64,000 nucleotides of DNA, taken from Octopus vulgaris. Taxonomy: Eukaryota. The notes beneath the pieces are model-generated. The model made no database searches. It worked only from the letters and a program-made list of their open reading frames with translations, and was not told the origin of the DNA. Location: assembly GCA_951406725.2 (NCBI GenBank), contig OX597834.1, positions 24,552,001 through 24,616,000 on the forward strand. The letters are read 5' to 3'. The position numbers and the translations under genes were made by a program. This document shows, in pieces, positions 25,145 through 39,249 of this stretch (positions are counted from its first letter, which is position 1; every line of letters begins with the position of its first letter).

Positions 25145-25275
25145 GCTCCTTATTTTATTGACCCCGAAAGAATGAAAGGCAAAGTCAACCTCGGCATATT
25201 TTGAATTCAAAACGTAAGGACGGACGAAACGCCGCTAAGCTTTTTGCTCGGCGCGCTAACGATTCAGCCAGCTTG
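25145..25275 (-). mobile_element. SINE family B, inverted relative to 24889-25100
   Basis: accccgaaagaatgaaaggcaaagtcaacctcgg...gctaacgattcagccagct. Confidence 0.85.
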
Positions 25276-25571
25276 ACATCTTTAACAATATATCAAATAA
25301 TAACACCAATCCTTTCGAAGGGTAGGGGCACCAAACCATAAATTAATGGGATGGTGTGGGAGTAAACAATCGATGAAAACAACCCTAGTGATTGACTGTT
25401 TCATTAGTTTATCGACCCTTAGAAGGAGGAAAGGGTGAATGTTGATTTCGACGGGATTTGAAACCAAAGTGTGAAGAGTGGACTGTATTACCGCAAGGCA
25501 ATTTGTTTGACAAACTATATAGTACAAAAAAAGCAACAACAGCAACAGTAACAATATAACAAGAATAATAA

Positions 25572-25790
<219 letters not shown>

Positions 25791-26025
25791 ATGCACTTGT
25801 TGATGAAGAACTTCAAGATTGAGATATTCGGCTAGAATTTCAGAATCTTCAAAGGAAAGTACCGACCTGACATTTCTATAGAATAAAAATTGGGCAAATA
25901 AACATCGGAGAGAAGAATGGCAAAGTTGCTCTCTGTCTCTCTGCCCCCCCTCTTTCTCACTCCTTCCCTCTTCCTTTCTATATAGGTATGTACATGTGTG
26001 GTACATGCGTGTGTATGTGTGTATG

Positions 26026-26065
<40 letters not shown>

Positions 26066-26066
26066 C

Positions 26067-26101
<35 letters not shown>

Positions 26102-26462
26102 TATTTACATACGTCTACATTTGTGTGTGTGTGTATATACGCACATATAGATATATGTGCTTGCGTGAGTGTGTATATATATATGTGTGTGTGTGCGTGT
26201 GTGCGTATACATATACAATATATGTGTATGTATACACACACACATATATACACATAGATGCATATATCTTTCTCTTTATATGTGCATGTATGTGCGTATT
26301 TGTGCGAATGTGTATCTGTCTGTGTGTGTATGTGATGTTTCAATAACCTATTTTTCGTTAGATAATATCACGTATCACATTTTTACTGATTGATATCAAA
26401 AATAGAAAAGAAAAAGACAGGAAGGAAGACAGAGAGAAAGAGAGAAAGAGAGGAAAGAAGAA

Positions 26463-26508
<46 letters not shown>

Positions 26509-27119
26509 AGAAAGAAAGGAATAAATAAATAAAGTGGTATAACATCTAAAACAGATTTTTAATATTCGATTCAGAAAAGCTCTCTGTCTGTCTGTCTGTC
26601 TGTCTCTCTATCTATCTATATTTATATATGTAATACATTTATGTATAAATTTGTATATAAATATATACATGCATACATACCACATTCATGTATATATTTT
26701 ATGTATGTGTGTACTAAATATATGAGCCAGCTAGGCAGCGCCTACGTAGTCATTTCATCCGCTAGAAATAACAACTAAATATTCCTGAAGAATCACAAGA
26801 TAGTAAGACATTTTGGATGACGTAGATCTCGATACACTAAACCTAAAAGCATGAGGAGCGAGTGATGTGATTAACCAGTTTTGAGTTCATTTATTAATAG
26901 ATGTCATGAATCATAGCAGTACTGGATCTAAACGACAACAACAACAGTAGTAAAGCAACAACAACTATAATAAAGGAAACACTAACAACTGCACCAAGAA
27001 CAGCTATAACAACAACATCATCTACGCCACTACCACCTCCAGTAACTACATCAGTAACAGCAATCGCTTTCACCATTAGCATTACCATCATCACTACCAC
27101 AATAGCCACCATCACTCCA

Positions 27120-27886
27120 AGCTTCCTTCTTCTTCTTCTTCTTCTTCTTCTTCTTCTTCTTCTTCTTCTCCACCTCCTCCTGTTCTTCCTCCTTCACTTC
27201 CTCCTCCTTCACATCCTCCTCCTTCACATCCTCCTCCTTCACTTCCTCCTCCTTCACTTCCTCCTCCTGCTCTTCCTCCTCCTTCACTTCCTCCTCCTGC
27301 TCTTCCCCCTCCTTCACTTCCTCTTCCTGCTCTTCCTCCTCCTACTGCTCTTCCTCCTCCTGCTGCTCTTCCTCCCTATACTCATTCACTTCCTCTTCCA
27401 GCTCTTCCTCCTCCTTCACTTCCTCCTCCTTCCTCCTCCTTCATCTTCCTCCTCTTCCACTTCCTCCTCCTCCTCCTCCCCTCCTTCTTCCTCTTCCTCA
27501 GCCTCCTCCTCCCCTTCTCCCTCTTCCTCCTCTTCCTCTTCCTCCTCCCCTTCTTCTTCCTCTCCTCCTCCTCCTCCTCCTTCTCCTCCTCCTCCTCCCC
27601 TTCTTCTTCCTCTCCTCCTCCTCCTCCTTCTCCTCCTCCTCCTCCCCTTCGCACCCTCCTCCCCTTCTCCCCCCCTCCCCTTCATCGTCCTCCGCCTCCT
27701 CTTTCTCTTCCTCCTCCTCGTCCTCTTCCTTCCCCTCCTCCTCTCCTCCTCCCCTCCCCTTCCTCCTCCTCGTCCTCTTCCTTTCCCTGCTCCTCGTCCT
27801 CTTCCTTTCCCTCCTCCTCCTCCTCCTCTTATCCTCCCCCTTCCTCCTCCTCCGCCTCGTCCTCTTCATCTTCCTCCTCCTCCTCT

Positions 27887-27948
<62 letters not shown>

Positions 27949-27963
27949 CTCCTCCTCCTCTTC

Positions 27964-27994
<31 letters not shown>

Positions 27995-28250
27995 CCCTCC
28001 TCCTCCTCTCCCTCCTCCTTTTCCTCCTCTTCCTCTTCTTCTTCATCATCTTCTTCATATTTTCCTCTTCTCCATTCCTGCTGCTGCACCTCTTCTTTTT
28101 ATTCTTCATCTTCTCCTTTTCGTCTTTCTTCTCTCCTCCTCCACCACCACAAGCACCACCACCACAACCACCACCTCCTCCTCCTCCTCCTCCTCTTCTT
28201 CGTCTTCTTCTTCTTCCTCTTCTTTTTCTTCTTTTTCTTCGTCCTTTTTC
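27120..28250. repeat. Approx. 1.1 kb polypyrimidine tract of (CTT)n/(CCT)n
   Basis: Almost only C and T on the plus strand; source of the poly-E/R/G ORFs. Confidence 0.95.
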
Positions 28251-28721
28251 GTCCCTATTTATTTTGGCAACTGTCGATCGAACAATAGTAGCAAAAATAA
28301 CAACAACAGCAACATAAAGCATTAAAAAATGGCAGCATGAATAAAAGAAGGAAAACAAAACGACTGCAAACAACAGGAAGAACAACGAGAACAGGAACGA
28401 AGAGAAGACAAAGAAGAAAGGGAGTAGTAGTAGGAGGAAGAGGAGGAGGGGGAGGAGGAGCAGAAGGAGGGTGAGTGAATGACTGAAGGCTATCAGATTG
28501 GAGCTATAACCTTCCTGAACAAAATCAAGGTCAATAGTCAATTTGATCGATTTTAATTTTTTTTTTGGTATCATCCATTCCCTCACCATCCGCCCTGCCA
28601 TAACCCTCATCACCATCACATCACCGGCGTCGCCGCCTCTGCTGCCGCCGCAGCCGTCACCGTTGTCATCATTATTCACTTCTATTTTTCAAGATAATCA
28701 TATTCTTACATAATAATAACA

Positions 28722-28922
28722 ATATCCTTTCTACTAAAGGCACAAGGCCTGAAATTTTGTGGGTGGGGGGACTAGTCGGCTAGATCGACCCTAGTGTGTC
28801 ACCCTGTAAGGATGAAAGGCAAAGTCGTCCTCCGCAGAATTTGAACTCAGAACATGAAGACAGACGAGAGGCCGCTAAGAATTTTGCCTAGCGTGCTAAC
28901 GATTCTGCCTATTCGTCGCCTT
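28722..28922 (-). mobile_element. SINE family B
   Basis: Same core, with tail tcctttctactaaaggcacaaggcctgaaatttt. Confidence 0.85.
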
Positions 28923-28929
28923 AATATGA

Positions 28930-28982
28930 TGGTAATAATAATAAAAATAATAATGATGATGATGATCATGATGACGATGACA

Positions 28983-29072
<90 letters not shown>

Positions 29073-29081
29073 GTGATGATG

Positions 29082-29135
<54 letters not shown>

Positions 29136-29144
29136 GTGATGATG

Positions 29145-29180
<36 letters not shown>

Positions 29181-29189
29181 GTGATGATG

Positions 29190-29243
<54 letters not shown>

Positions 29244-29288
29244 GTGATGATGATAATAATAATAATAATAATAATAATAATGGTGATG

Positions 29289-29336
<48 letters not shown>

Positions 29337-29368
29337 GTGATGATAATAATAATAATAACAACAACAAC

Positions 29369-29430
<62 letters not shown>

Positions 29431-29453
29431 CAACAACAACAACAATAATAATA
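28930..29453. repeat. (TAA)n array with periodic atggtgatg interruptions
   Basis: Six interruptions at about 29070, 29133, 29178, 29241, 29280 and 29335. Confidence 0.95.
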
Positions 29454-31341
29454 GTAAGCAGGAGGAAGTGGACCAGTGAAGAAAACAGGATAGTGATGCA
29501 GTACTATTTAGAAAGTGAACCTAAAAGAAGGAACTATAGAAAACGGCGGATGTTAACACTTTGGGTAGGGACTGTTATGTTTAAAGTGACTGAGCAGAGA
29601 TTAGTAGATCAAGCTAATGCTCTTAGGAGAAGAAAGTGGATGACAGGATTGGAAGTAGAAGAGATCACAAGAGAACTGGAAAAGAAAGAGCAGGCAGTGG
29701 GAAAGACAAACAACATAAGAGATACATCTCAAACCAAAGAAGAACCTAAAGGAAAAAAATAAAAATTAGCGCTACCAATAAGGAAGGGACAACCGGCACC
29801 AGCGATTTAAGTGGTATAAGTGAGGAAGATCAGAAGAGTTGCAGGAAGTAATGAGTAAAAAAGTAAGTAAAACCTTAGCAGCATTAAAAGGCATCATCAG
29901 AAGGAACCTGTTAGAAATGATTAGGAAAGTAGATTCTGTTATCAGTAGGATAGATACTAAAAATATAGGAGACACTAAGTTATTGATCATTTGCTAGAGA
30001 AGTAATAGTCACTAGGGGAATATTAAAAAAGAGTAAAAATGTAGAAAAGGAGACTACGAAATAAAGTGAAGATTTTAGGACAAGATCTGAGTAGAATAGA
30101 AGAATGGAAACTGAACAGGTTAGGAAACACAAGACTCAAAACGTCCATTGAGAAAAGATATTTCGTCAAAGAAGATGAGAAACTTAATGTAGAGGAAACT
30201 AGAAAGTTCTGGGGTAATATTTGGGATAGGCAAGTCAATCATAATGGAGATGCAGTCTGGTTAAAGAAAGTGAGGGAAGAAATAGTGAGTGAGAAGCAGA
30301 CAACTTTAAGACTAACTAGTGCATTAATGAGTAAAGTGTTAGGGAAAATGCTGAATTGGAAGAGCCCAGGACCATATTTAGTTCAAGGGTACTAGCTAAA
30401 GAAATTTAGTAGTTTACATGGGAGGTTGATGGAACAACTTTGGGATTGCCTTAATGGAAGAATAATACTAGATTGGATGACTAGAGGGAGAACAATACTC
30501 ATTATGAAAGATAAAAACAAGGGTAATACAGCTAGCAACTATAGACCAATCACTTGCTTACCATTAGTGTGGAAACTGTTAACAGGAATGCTTTCAGAAA
30601 GCATTTACGTGCACCTTGACAGCCAGAATTTACTGCCAGAAGACCAGAAAGGTTGCAGGAAGAAGGCTAGAGGAACACATGATCTATTATATATAGACGA
30701 AGCAGTTCTAAATGAAGTAAAAGCTAGAAAGAAAAATCTAACAATAGCATGAATAGATTATAGGAAAGCCTATGACATGATCCCACACTCATGGATAAAT
30801 GAATGTTTGAGTATATTCAGTATTGCAGACAGCATAAGAGAATTAGCAGTCGCATGAAGAAATGGAAAGCCGGTCTCTACTCAAGTGACACACTCTTAGG
30901 GAAAGTTAATATCAAAAGAGGAATTTTCCAGGGGAACTCGCTGTTCCCTTTAATATTTGTCTTATGTTTGATCACCCTCAGTTTAGTATTAAGGAAGGCA
31001 AAGGCAGTGTATCAATTTAGAAATATTAAGGATGATCTGAAGCTTTTTAGTAAGAATGATATAGAGGTAGATTACTTAATACAGACTGTAAGACTCTTCA
31101 GCAAAGACACAGGCTTGGAATTTAGCATAGATAAGTGTGCAATATTAGTCATGAGAAGGAGACATGTTGTCAACAGCGAAGGCATCCAATTAATAGATGT
31201 CCAGGCATTAAAATCATTGAAAGGAGGATAAAGTTATAAGTATCTTGGAGTATTAAAATCTGACAGAGTACTAACTATAGAAATGAAAACGAAAATTGAG
31301 GAGTACTCCAGAAGGGCGGGGAAGCTAATGAACTTAAAGCT
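29454..31341 (+). pseudogene. R4/Dong-like non-LTR retrotransposon remnant (N-terminal domain plus RT) within TAA arrays
   Basis: RRKWTSEEN..EQRLVDQ (N-terminus), WKSPG, NYRPITCL, EDQKGCRK, IDYRKAYDMIPH, RGIFQGNSLFPLIF, DDLKLF, GLEFSIDKCA and YKYLG, with stops and deletions. Confidence 0.92.
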
Positions 31342-31370
31342 AAATAATAATAATAATAATAATAATAATG

Positions 31371-31423
<53 letters not shown>

Positions 31424-31454
31424 TATTATTATTATTATTATTATTATAATAACA

Positions 31455-31850
31455 ATCCTTTCTATTAAAAGCACCAGGCATGAAATTTTGTGGGAGGCGA
31501 GTAGTCGATTATATCGACCTCGGTGTGTCACTGGTACTTAATTTATCGAACCCAAAAGAATGAAAGGTTAAGTCGACCTCGGTGGAATTTGAACTCAGAA
31601 TGTAAAGACGGTTGAAAGGCCTAATCCTTCCTAGGCACAAGGCCTGCAATGTTGGGGGAAGGGAGTACTAGTCGACTAACGATTCTGCCAGCTAATCACC
31701 TTTTTAAGAAATAGTTCGGTCTATCATAGGTACATATCCTCAAATATTGTGGGGGTAGGACTTGTCGATTACATCGACCCTAATACTTGACTGATACTTT
31801 ATGTTATCGACCCCGAATGGATGAAAGGCAAAAGTCGAGCTCTGTTGTAT
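31455..31850 (-). mobile_element. Cluster of SINE family B fragments
   Basis: Cores at about 31500-31610 and 31760-31845. Confidence 0.8.
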
Positions 31851-32224
31851 TTGTCCAGTCGGAAGTGGATGGTTAGTCCTGTCTCTCTCATATAAAGATG
31901 GCGGCGTTGGTGGTGGGCTGTGAGAGTTGTAAAAGGGGGGTGACAGACGAATCACCGTGTATATATGTGTGTGTGTGTGTGTGTGTGTATGAAATTCACT
32001 GAAATAAATAAAAAATATATGGAGCATTTGTCAGTTTGGGTATCAGTGAGAAGACACAAATACACGCAGAGAGAGAGAGAGGGAGTGTGAGGGGGAGCGC
32101 GAAGAGAGCGATAGGGAGGGATGAGAAGGAGAGAGAGACAGAGAGGGAAACAGATAGAAAGAAAGAAAGATAGATAGGTAGACAGATAGATAGATAAATA
32201 GATAGATAGATAGAAAGATAGATG

Positions 32225-32294
<70 letters not shown>

Positions 32295-32299
32295 CAGAG

Positions 32300-32365
<66 letters not shown>

Positions 32366-32514
32366 GTGGATAGATAGATTGATAGACAGACAGACAGAGA
32401 GTAAGAGAGAAAGTGTGAGAGGGAGACAGAGAGAGGGATACAGAGAACGGGAGACAGAGAGAAAGAGAGAGAGAGAGAGAGAAAGAGAGAGGGAGAACAT
32501 ATGATTAGCAAACC

Positions 32515-32765
32515 ATTTAATTTAAGAATAGAGGAATATCTAATTCTGGAATAACAGAAATCAAAGTACTGTAAAATAAGAATATATAACAAGACCAGAT
32601 ATCTAAGTTTTGAATAACCGAATATTTAATTCTGAACGATAACAAAATCTAATTCTGGAATATAGAAATGTTGCTTTCTTTCATATCGGAATATATAATT
32701 CTGCAGTATAGAGATATCTATTTCTAGAATTGCAGAATATTTAATTCCAGTATATAAGAATATAT
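32515..32765. repeat. Degenerate approx. 22-24 bp AT-rich minisatellite
   Basis: Recurring units like gaatatctaattctggaata. Confidence 0.6.
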
Positions 32766-33236
32766 ATCACCATACGTTGTTCTGAATTTCTAAAACAACG
32801 TCTATGAAAAGTTGGAACCAACGAGGAAGTCTTGTTAGAAATAGAAGCACAATCTCCTTGAAATCTCACGTTATATCTTAATAAAACAAAGAACTCATTA
32901 GACATGTATTTCACCTTTTAACTTAAACTTGTTTCAGTCATTAGACGGTGGCCATTCTGGAGTCGTAATGCACTGATACCTGGACATCCTTGTTACTTAA
33001 TTGCAATGGCTTTTCCGTTTTCGTTTCTGTTGAGTTTTACGTCTTTTTGTGGTGTCATGTACGTATATATATTTATATATGCATGTATATATACATGTAG
33101 ATGTCGGTACGTACATATATGTTTGTATGTATGCATATATTTTATTTATTACACTATTGTCTGACAGCGCTTCGCGTCGGGTTCGTTCGAATTTTCGCTT
33201 CGTTCCGTTTCTTTCCTCCCCAGTATTGTTTTATTA

Positions 33237-33289
<53 letters not shown>

Positions 33290-33889
33290 GTGAGTGTGTA
33301 TGTATATACATATGTACTATCCTAGAAATTAGACGGGAGGATCATAGTTGGAATACCTTTAGTAATAGGCCTTCTGAATCAAGCTTAAGCCAGACTAACT
33401 CATCCCCAAAACTAGCACCACCAGCGCTGCCGCGACTACGTGCAACAACAACAATAGCATCAACAGTTAAAGGCCTCACGTATAACAGACACAACTTATC
33501 TAGTCATTTGCCGATCATCTACAATAAAAGACTATCGGCGGATCAGTTCAATCGATCTATTTATTAAACAATCTATTGTATTTAATCGTTGAACCCCTGG
33601 CATTTATCTCCAGACACAGTTCGATATTTTTATATCGCCTTTCCTTCACAACATTTAGTTTGCCTGTGTAAGTTGTATGTATATGTGTGTATTGTGTGTT
33701 GTGCGTTGTGCGTTGTGCGTTATGCACGTTTATGTGTGCACGTGCGCGTGCGTGTGTGTATGTGTGCTGTGTGTGTGCGTGAGTGTGCGTCTATGTATGT
33801 GTGCGTGCCTCTGTGTGTGTGTGTGTCGTTGTCTGTGTGTCGTTAAACCATTTATGATTCATAAAACCATTTTCAAAGTGTTTCATATA

Positions 33890-33974
<85 letters not shown>

Positions 33975-34400
33975 ATATATATATGTATGTATATATGCAT
34001 GTATATATATGTATATGTATATATATATATACATACATATACATACATATATAAATACACATACACACATGTATACACATATATGTATCTATATGAGTGT
34101 GTTTATATATATATATGTATATAATGCTCACACATATATGGAAACGCGCGAATATACATATACTTATATATGTGTGCGTAAGTATGTGTGAGCACGACGC
34201 GTGTGTAGACCCTCCCCCGCCTTGTATCTCCCCTTACTCCTTCCGAAACAAGGGAACCGCCATCTCATCTTTCAGACCTCCCTCATTGACCTACATTCAC
34301 TCGTCCATCAGTATTTATCTTTTCTCATCTATTAGAACGTGCCTGCTCAATAGAGATCGATACATATTTTTTATAGAGGAAGTGGTGGGGGAGAACGTGC

Positions 34401-34483
<83 letters not shown>

Positions 34484-34582
34484 TGTGCATGTATGCGTGT
34501 GTGTTTGTTTGTGTATGTGTGTGGACTCAATGTCAGCAGTTGAATGATCAAGGATTTTAATGGGATTTTTATGATGGTACTC

Positions 34583-34650
<68 letters not shown>

Positions 34651-34673
34651 CATCATCATTATTATTATTATTA

Positions 34674-34747
<74 letters not shown>

Positions 34748-35520
34748 ATTAGTAGTAGTAGTAGTAGTTGTTGTTGTTGTAGTTGCAGCAACAGTAGCAG
34801 TGCTATTATTATTATTATTATCATTATTATTGATGTGTTCTGTTTTTTTTTTTTTTATAATTTTTCTTTGTTGCTCTTGTCTGTTGTTCGCTTTGAATGG
34901 TCACGTTTCACAGAGTTCCATCTAGAGATATTTAGTCCCATGATTACCGAATGAAAAGGCTTTTGAATATTATTCCTGCTACCCGAGGTAGATTAATGGT
35001 TTGTCTTCAGATGGTCTTTTTTTTTTTCTTTTGCTCTTTTTTTTTTCAACTGTCACAAACACACTGTGGACATTTGGAGAGTTTTTCATGCATCAAAAGC
35101 TACAAGGAAAAGCACTTGTCATAGTCTCTGTAGCACTCACATAAATAACCACCACCTCATATTATTTAACATGAAAATCGAACTCTGAACTTTAACATTT
35201 ACATATGAAGGAACGGTTTTTCAAGGGAACGGGGAAAAAAGAATAACTTTACCATCAACAAAATGCTATCATTATTGCTAAATATGTGGGGAGAAATGCA
35301 GCCACTGAAACTGAAAAGCTAAGAGAAGGAAAGAAGGAATGGGCGACGTATGTAACAAAAGCGGTGCTTCTTTCCCCTAGGAGTTCGATCTGGAAAGGAC
35401 GAGAAGGTGGCCTACAACTATTTATCCATTTGTTTTGTTATATAATACGAGGAGCCCTACATATTCCATCAGAAGAAGTTTTAGAGAAGGCCTGAGCCGG
35501 AGTGTGACAAGACTTATGCT

Positions 35521-35762
35521 CTGTAGGGTACATGATGTAGAGGGGGGTTATTTTATTGGATATTTACGGTTTAAAGTGTCTTGTGTTGGTGGATTGGTTT
35601 ATTTGGGTTGTACTATTGAATTAATAGTGTCTTGCGTACGATGTGGGTATTTCTAGCAGTGCTAGTTTTTAGATAGTGTGTAGTGTTGAGTATCCGGGTA
35701 TAGCTTCTAAGTTTTTGTTCATGCGTATCCGGGTATAGCTTCTAAGTTTTTGTTCTTGCGTA
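35521..35762 (-). mobile_element. Second copy of the 3' end of the R4-like element at 37023-37215
   Basis: Highly similar to 37023-37215, with an internal 35-bp tandem duplication at 35690-35759. Confidence 0.85.
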
Positions 35763-36039
35763 TGAAACACTTGTTAGAACTAGCAGGTTAACCTCTTTCA
35801 AATCACACGTCGTTTTAAACAGGAAAGGGATTTATTGAAGAATGTAATTATATATGTATAATTACATTCGCTTTCTCTGAAGACTGTCAGAATGATGTAG
35901 ACGCCTCTGATAGATTCCAATAAGATTCGAAAATCGATTAAAGTTGTTCATCATTTTTTCAGTCTGCGGAGAAATGCCTAAAATTTGCCCTGTTTATAAT
36001 TATACCATATGTATGTATATATACATACATACATAAATA

Positions 36040-36140
<101 letters not shown>

Positions 36141-36197
36141 TTTATAGAAGGAGCTTGTACAGGACTAGAACTGTTTCATTCAAATGAAATCATTATG

Positions 36198-36265
<68 letters not shown>

Positions 36266-36565
36266 CGAATCGGACAGCCATGAAACGATCGTAGTGTTAT
36301 ACTAATTATCTTTTTTTAATAGTTTTGATATATATTTAAAATGATATAAATTAATTAATCTTATGTATTGGCTTAAGTTTTTCATTGCATGATTTGCCTA
36401 ATAGTGGTTTTATCTCTAATTTAATATAATATATATATATATATATATATATAAAAACTTACTTGGAAGAAGAAGAAAACGACGCGTGCGTTCAATCATA
36501 TAATAACAATTTAATAAATAAAACATATGCATACATACATACATATATGTACATACCTACATCTA

Positions 36566-36796
36566 TATTCTTTACTAACCACAAGGGGCCAAATACAGAG
36601 AGGACAAACAAGGACAGACAAACGGATTAAGTCGATTATATCGACCCCAATGCGTAACTGATACTTAATTTATCGACCCCGAAAGGATGAAAGGTAAAGT
36701 CGACCTCGGCGGAATTTGAACTCAGAACGTGACGGCAGACGAAATACGGTTACGCATTTCGCCCGGCGTGCTAACGTTTCTGCCAGCCCGCCGCCT
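36566..36796 (-). mobile_element. SINE family B, monomeric, well preserved
   Basis: Full head and core with the cacaagggg-type tail. Confidence 0.9.
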
Positions 36797-36829
36797 CATT
36801 TGATAATTTCAGGCAAATTTTTACTGCAT

Positions 36830-38240
36830 CATTTGCTACACCTCCGTGTTGCTGGGGTATGTGCAGCATTGTGTGATCTTTTTAGTTGTTGGGGTAACGT
36901 AAACTCTTCCCGGTATTGTATTGCATCAGTTTGTTCTGCTATGGGATTTAGTTGCAGTCTTTTGTTGTGTTAGTGTTTGTATTGTGTGTTGTATGTGTAA
37001 TGTGAGTTGCATTCTTATCCTTCCTGTAAGGTACATGATGTAGGGGGGGTATTTTATTGGATATTTACGGTTTAGTTGGTGGATTGGCTTATTTGGGTTA
37101 TACTATTGAATTGATAGTGTCTTGCGTACGACGTGGGTATTTCTAGCAGTGCTAGTTTTTAGATAGTGTGTAGTGTTGAGTATCCGGGTATAACTTCTAA
37201 GTTTTTGTTCATGCTTTTTATTTATCATACCCAATGCTCCAGTTATTACTGGTATTGTTTTCATCTTCATGCCCCACATCTTGAATACTTCAGTTTCCAG
37301 GTCTTTGTACTTTAACAATTTCTCCACTTCTTTTGGGGCAATAGTTTGGTCAAACGGGACTACAATGTCTATCAGTAAGCAGGTCTTTTATTTTTTCCAA
37401 TCCCTGATTATTATGTCTGGGCGATTAGCTTTATTCTTTGTCAGTTTGAATAGGGTTATCCCAAGAAAATTATGGCCTGGTCGTTGTCATGCACCTTGTT
37501 TGGTACATGCTTATATCATTTCTTGTTAGTTTTTATATTGTTGTGCTGACTTATCGTCCAGTGGATATAACAACTTACTCGGTCATGTCTGTATATATAT
37601 TCGGATTTGGCCAGGACTTGCCAGAAACGATATGATCAACTGTCTCATTGTGCTTGTTGCACATTCTGCATTTGGCATTAGGGCCTGTTTTCAGCATTTT
37701 GCTTCTATAATTGCTTGTGGTCATGCATTGGTCTTGTGCAGCGAGAATCAGTCCTTCCGTTTCAGCTTTTAGTTCAGAGCTTTTGAGCCATTGTTGACGT
37801 TTACTTAGGCTCACTTCTTTTCTGTCAAGCCTTGCAGGGTATTGGTCATGGAGTAATTTTTCTCTCCATTTTTTCTTTTGTATATTTTGTAGTTCTGTTT
37901 TCATGTTGTTTTTTTTTTTTTGCCTCTTTGACCATTTCTGCTATGTTCTCAACTGAGATTAGTGTATCAGTGTAGTTTGTTTTGTATTTTGTCGCCTCCT
38001 TGTGTATAGAGAAAAGTGTTTTTTTTTTCTCGTGTTGCTTAAGACTACTACAAGACTATTACTTGTAGTAGTCTTTTTGTTTTTAAGTACTTTTTTTTTT
38101 AGTTCAACTGTTGTCATTTTATATTAGTTCTCTATCTGTGTCAGGCTGCAACCTCCTTGTATGTGGAGTAGATATATTCTGTTTGTGTCTGATTTAGGGT
38201 ATTGATTTCGGTATGCTAGGTGCAGCTTGTATAAATTTAC
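36830..38240 (-). pseudogene. R4/Dong-like RLE LINE, 3' portion
   Basis: PKSDTNRIYL..GG, LKAETEGLILAAQDQ, CRMC..ETVDHIVSG, ANRPDII, KLLKYKDLETEV..PVITGALG..RKTL. Confidence 0.9.
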
Positions 38241-38341
38241 GCAAAGTAAAGCATGATAATAAGCCAGCCCCGGCGGCATTTGGACTCAGGACGTAAAGAC
38301 GAAAGAAATGCCGTTTTTCATTCACTCATTGACTATATTTG

Positions 38342-38712
<371 letters not shown>

Positions 38713-38770
38713 CTTATCTATCTATCTATATGTATATATATGAATGAAAAAATAACAACAGATGGATAAC

Positions 38771-38863
38771 GTGTCAATTCACTACAGCTGTTTCCAACGA
38801 ATTTTTATTTGATTAATAGAGACGTTACATCAACAGAAAAAACCACTTTCATCAGGTGAACAC
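38771..38863 (-). ncRNA. Type I hammerhead ribozyme (Penelope-type, palindromic loop III)
   Basis: Minus strand uucac-CUGAUGA-[irregular 54-nt stem II]-GAAAC-AGCU-GUA-gugaa. All core nucleotides are present and stem I uucac/gugaa is perfect. Confidence 0.7.
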
Positions 38864-39141
38864 ATGAACCACAACATTCGAAAACATTCAAAATCTAACG
38901 GGATGTGTATCTTCATGACTCTATGACCCTTGCTAGTGCAATGTGTGTTACTTGATTAACCTCAGAGCTGTTGATATACTCAGTCGGGTGCAGTTAATCG
39001 TATACATAACCCGAATATCCAGAAGCCTGTACTTCGTTACCCGCAAATACATTCTTCTATTTTTGTTGTGAACACATTTTACTTTACGCCCCGATTCGGT
39101 GCCATTCCATTTAAGTGCTTGATTCACTTGAATTCTGATCT

Positions 39142-39249
<108 letters not shown>

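Noticed and set aside
27382-28679. Long poly-Glu/Arg/Gly ORFs on the minus strand
   Set aside because: By-product of the polypurine tract.
38813-38842. Minus-strand peptide FSVDVTSLL resembling Penelope RT motif A
   Set aside because: Only nine residues with no flanking RT motifs; most likely coincidence within the hammerhead stem II.
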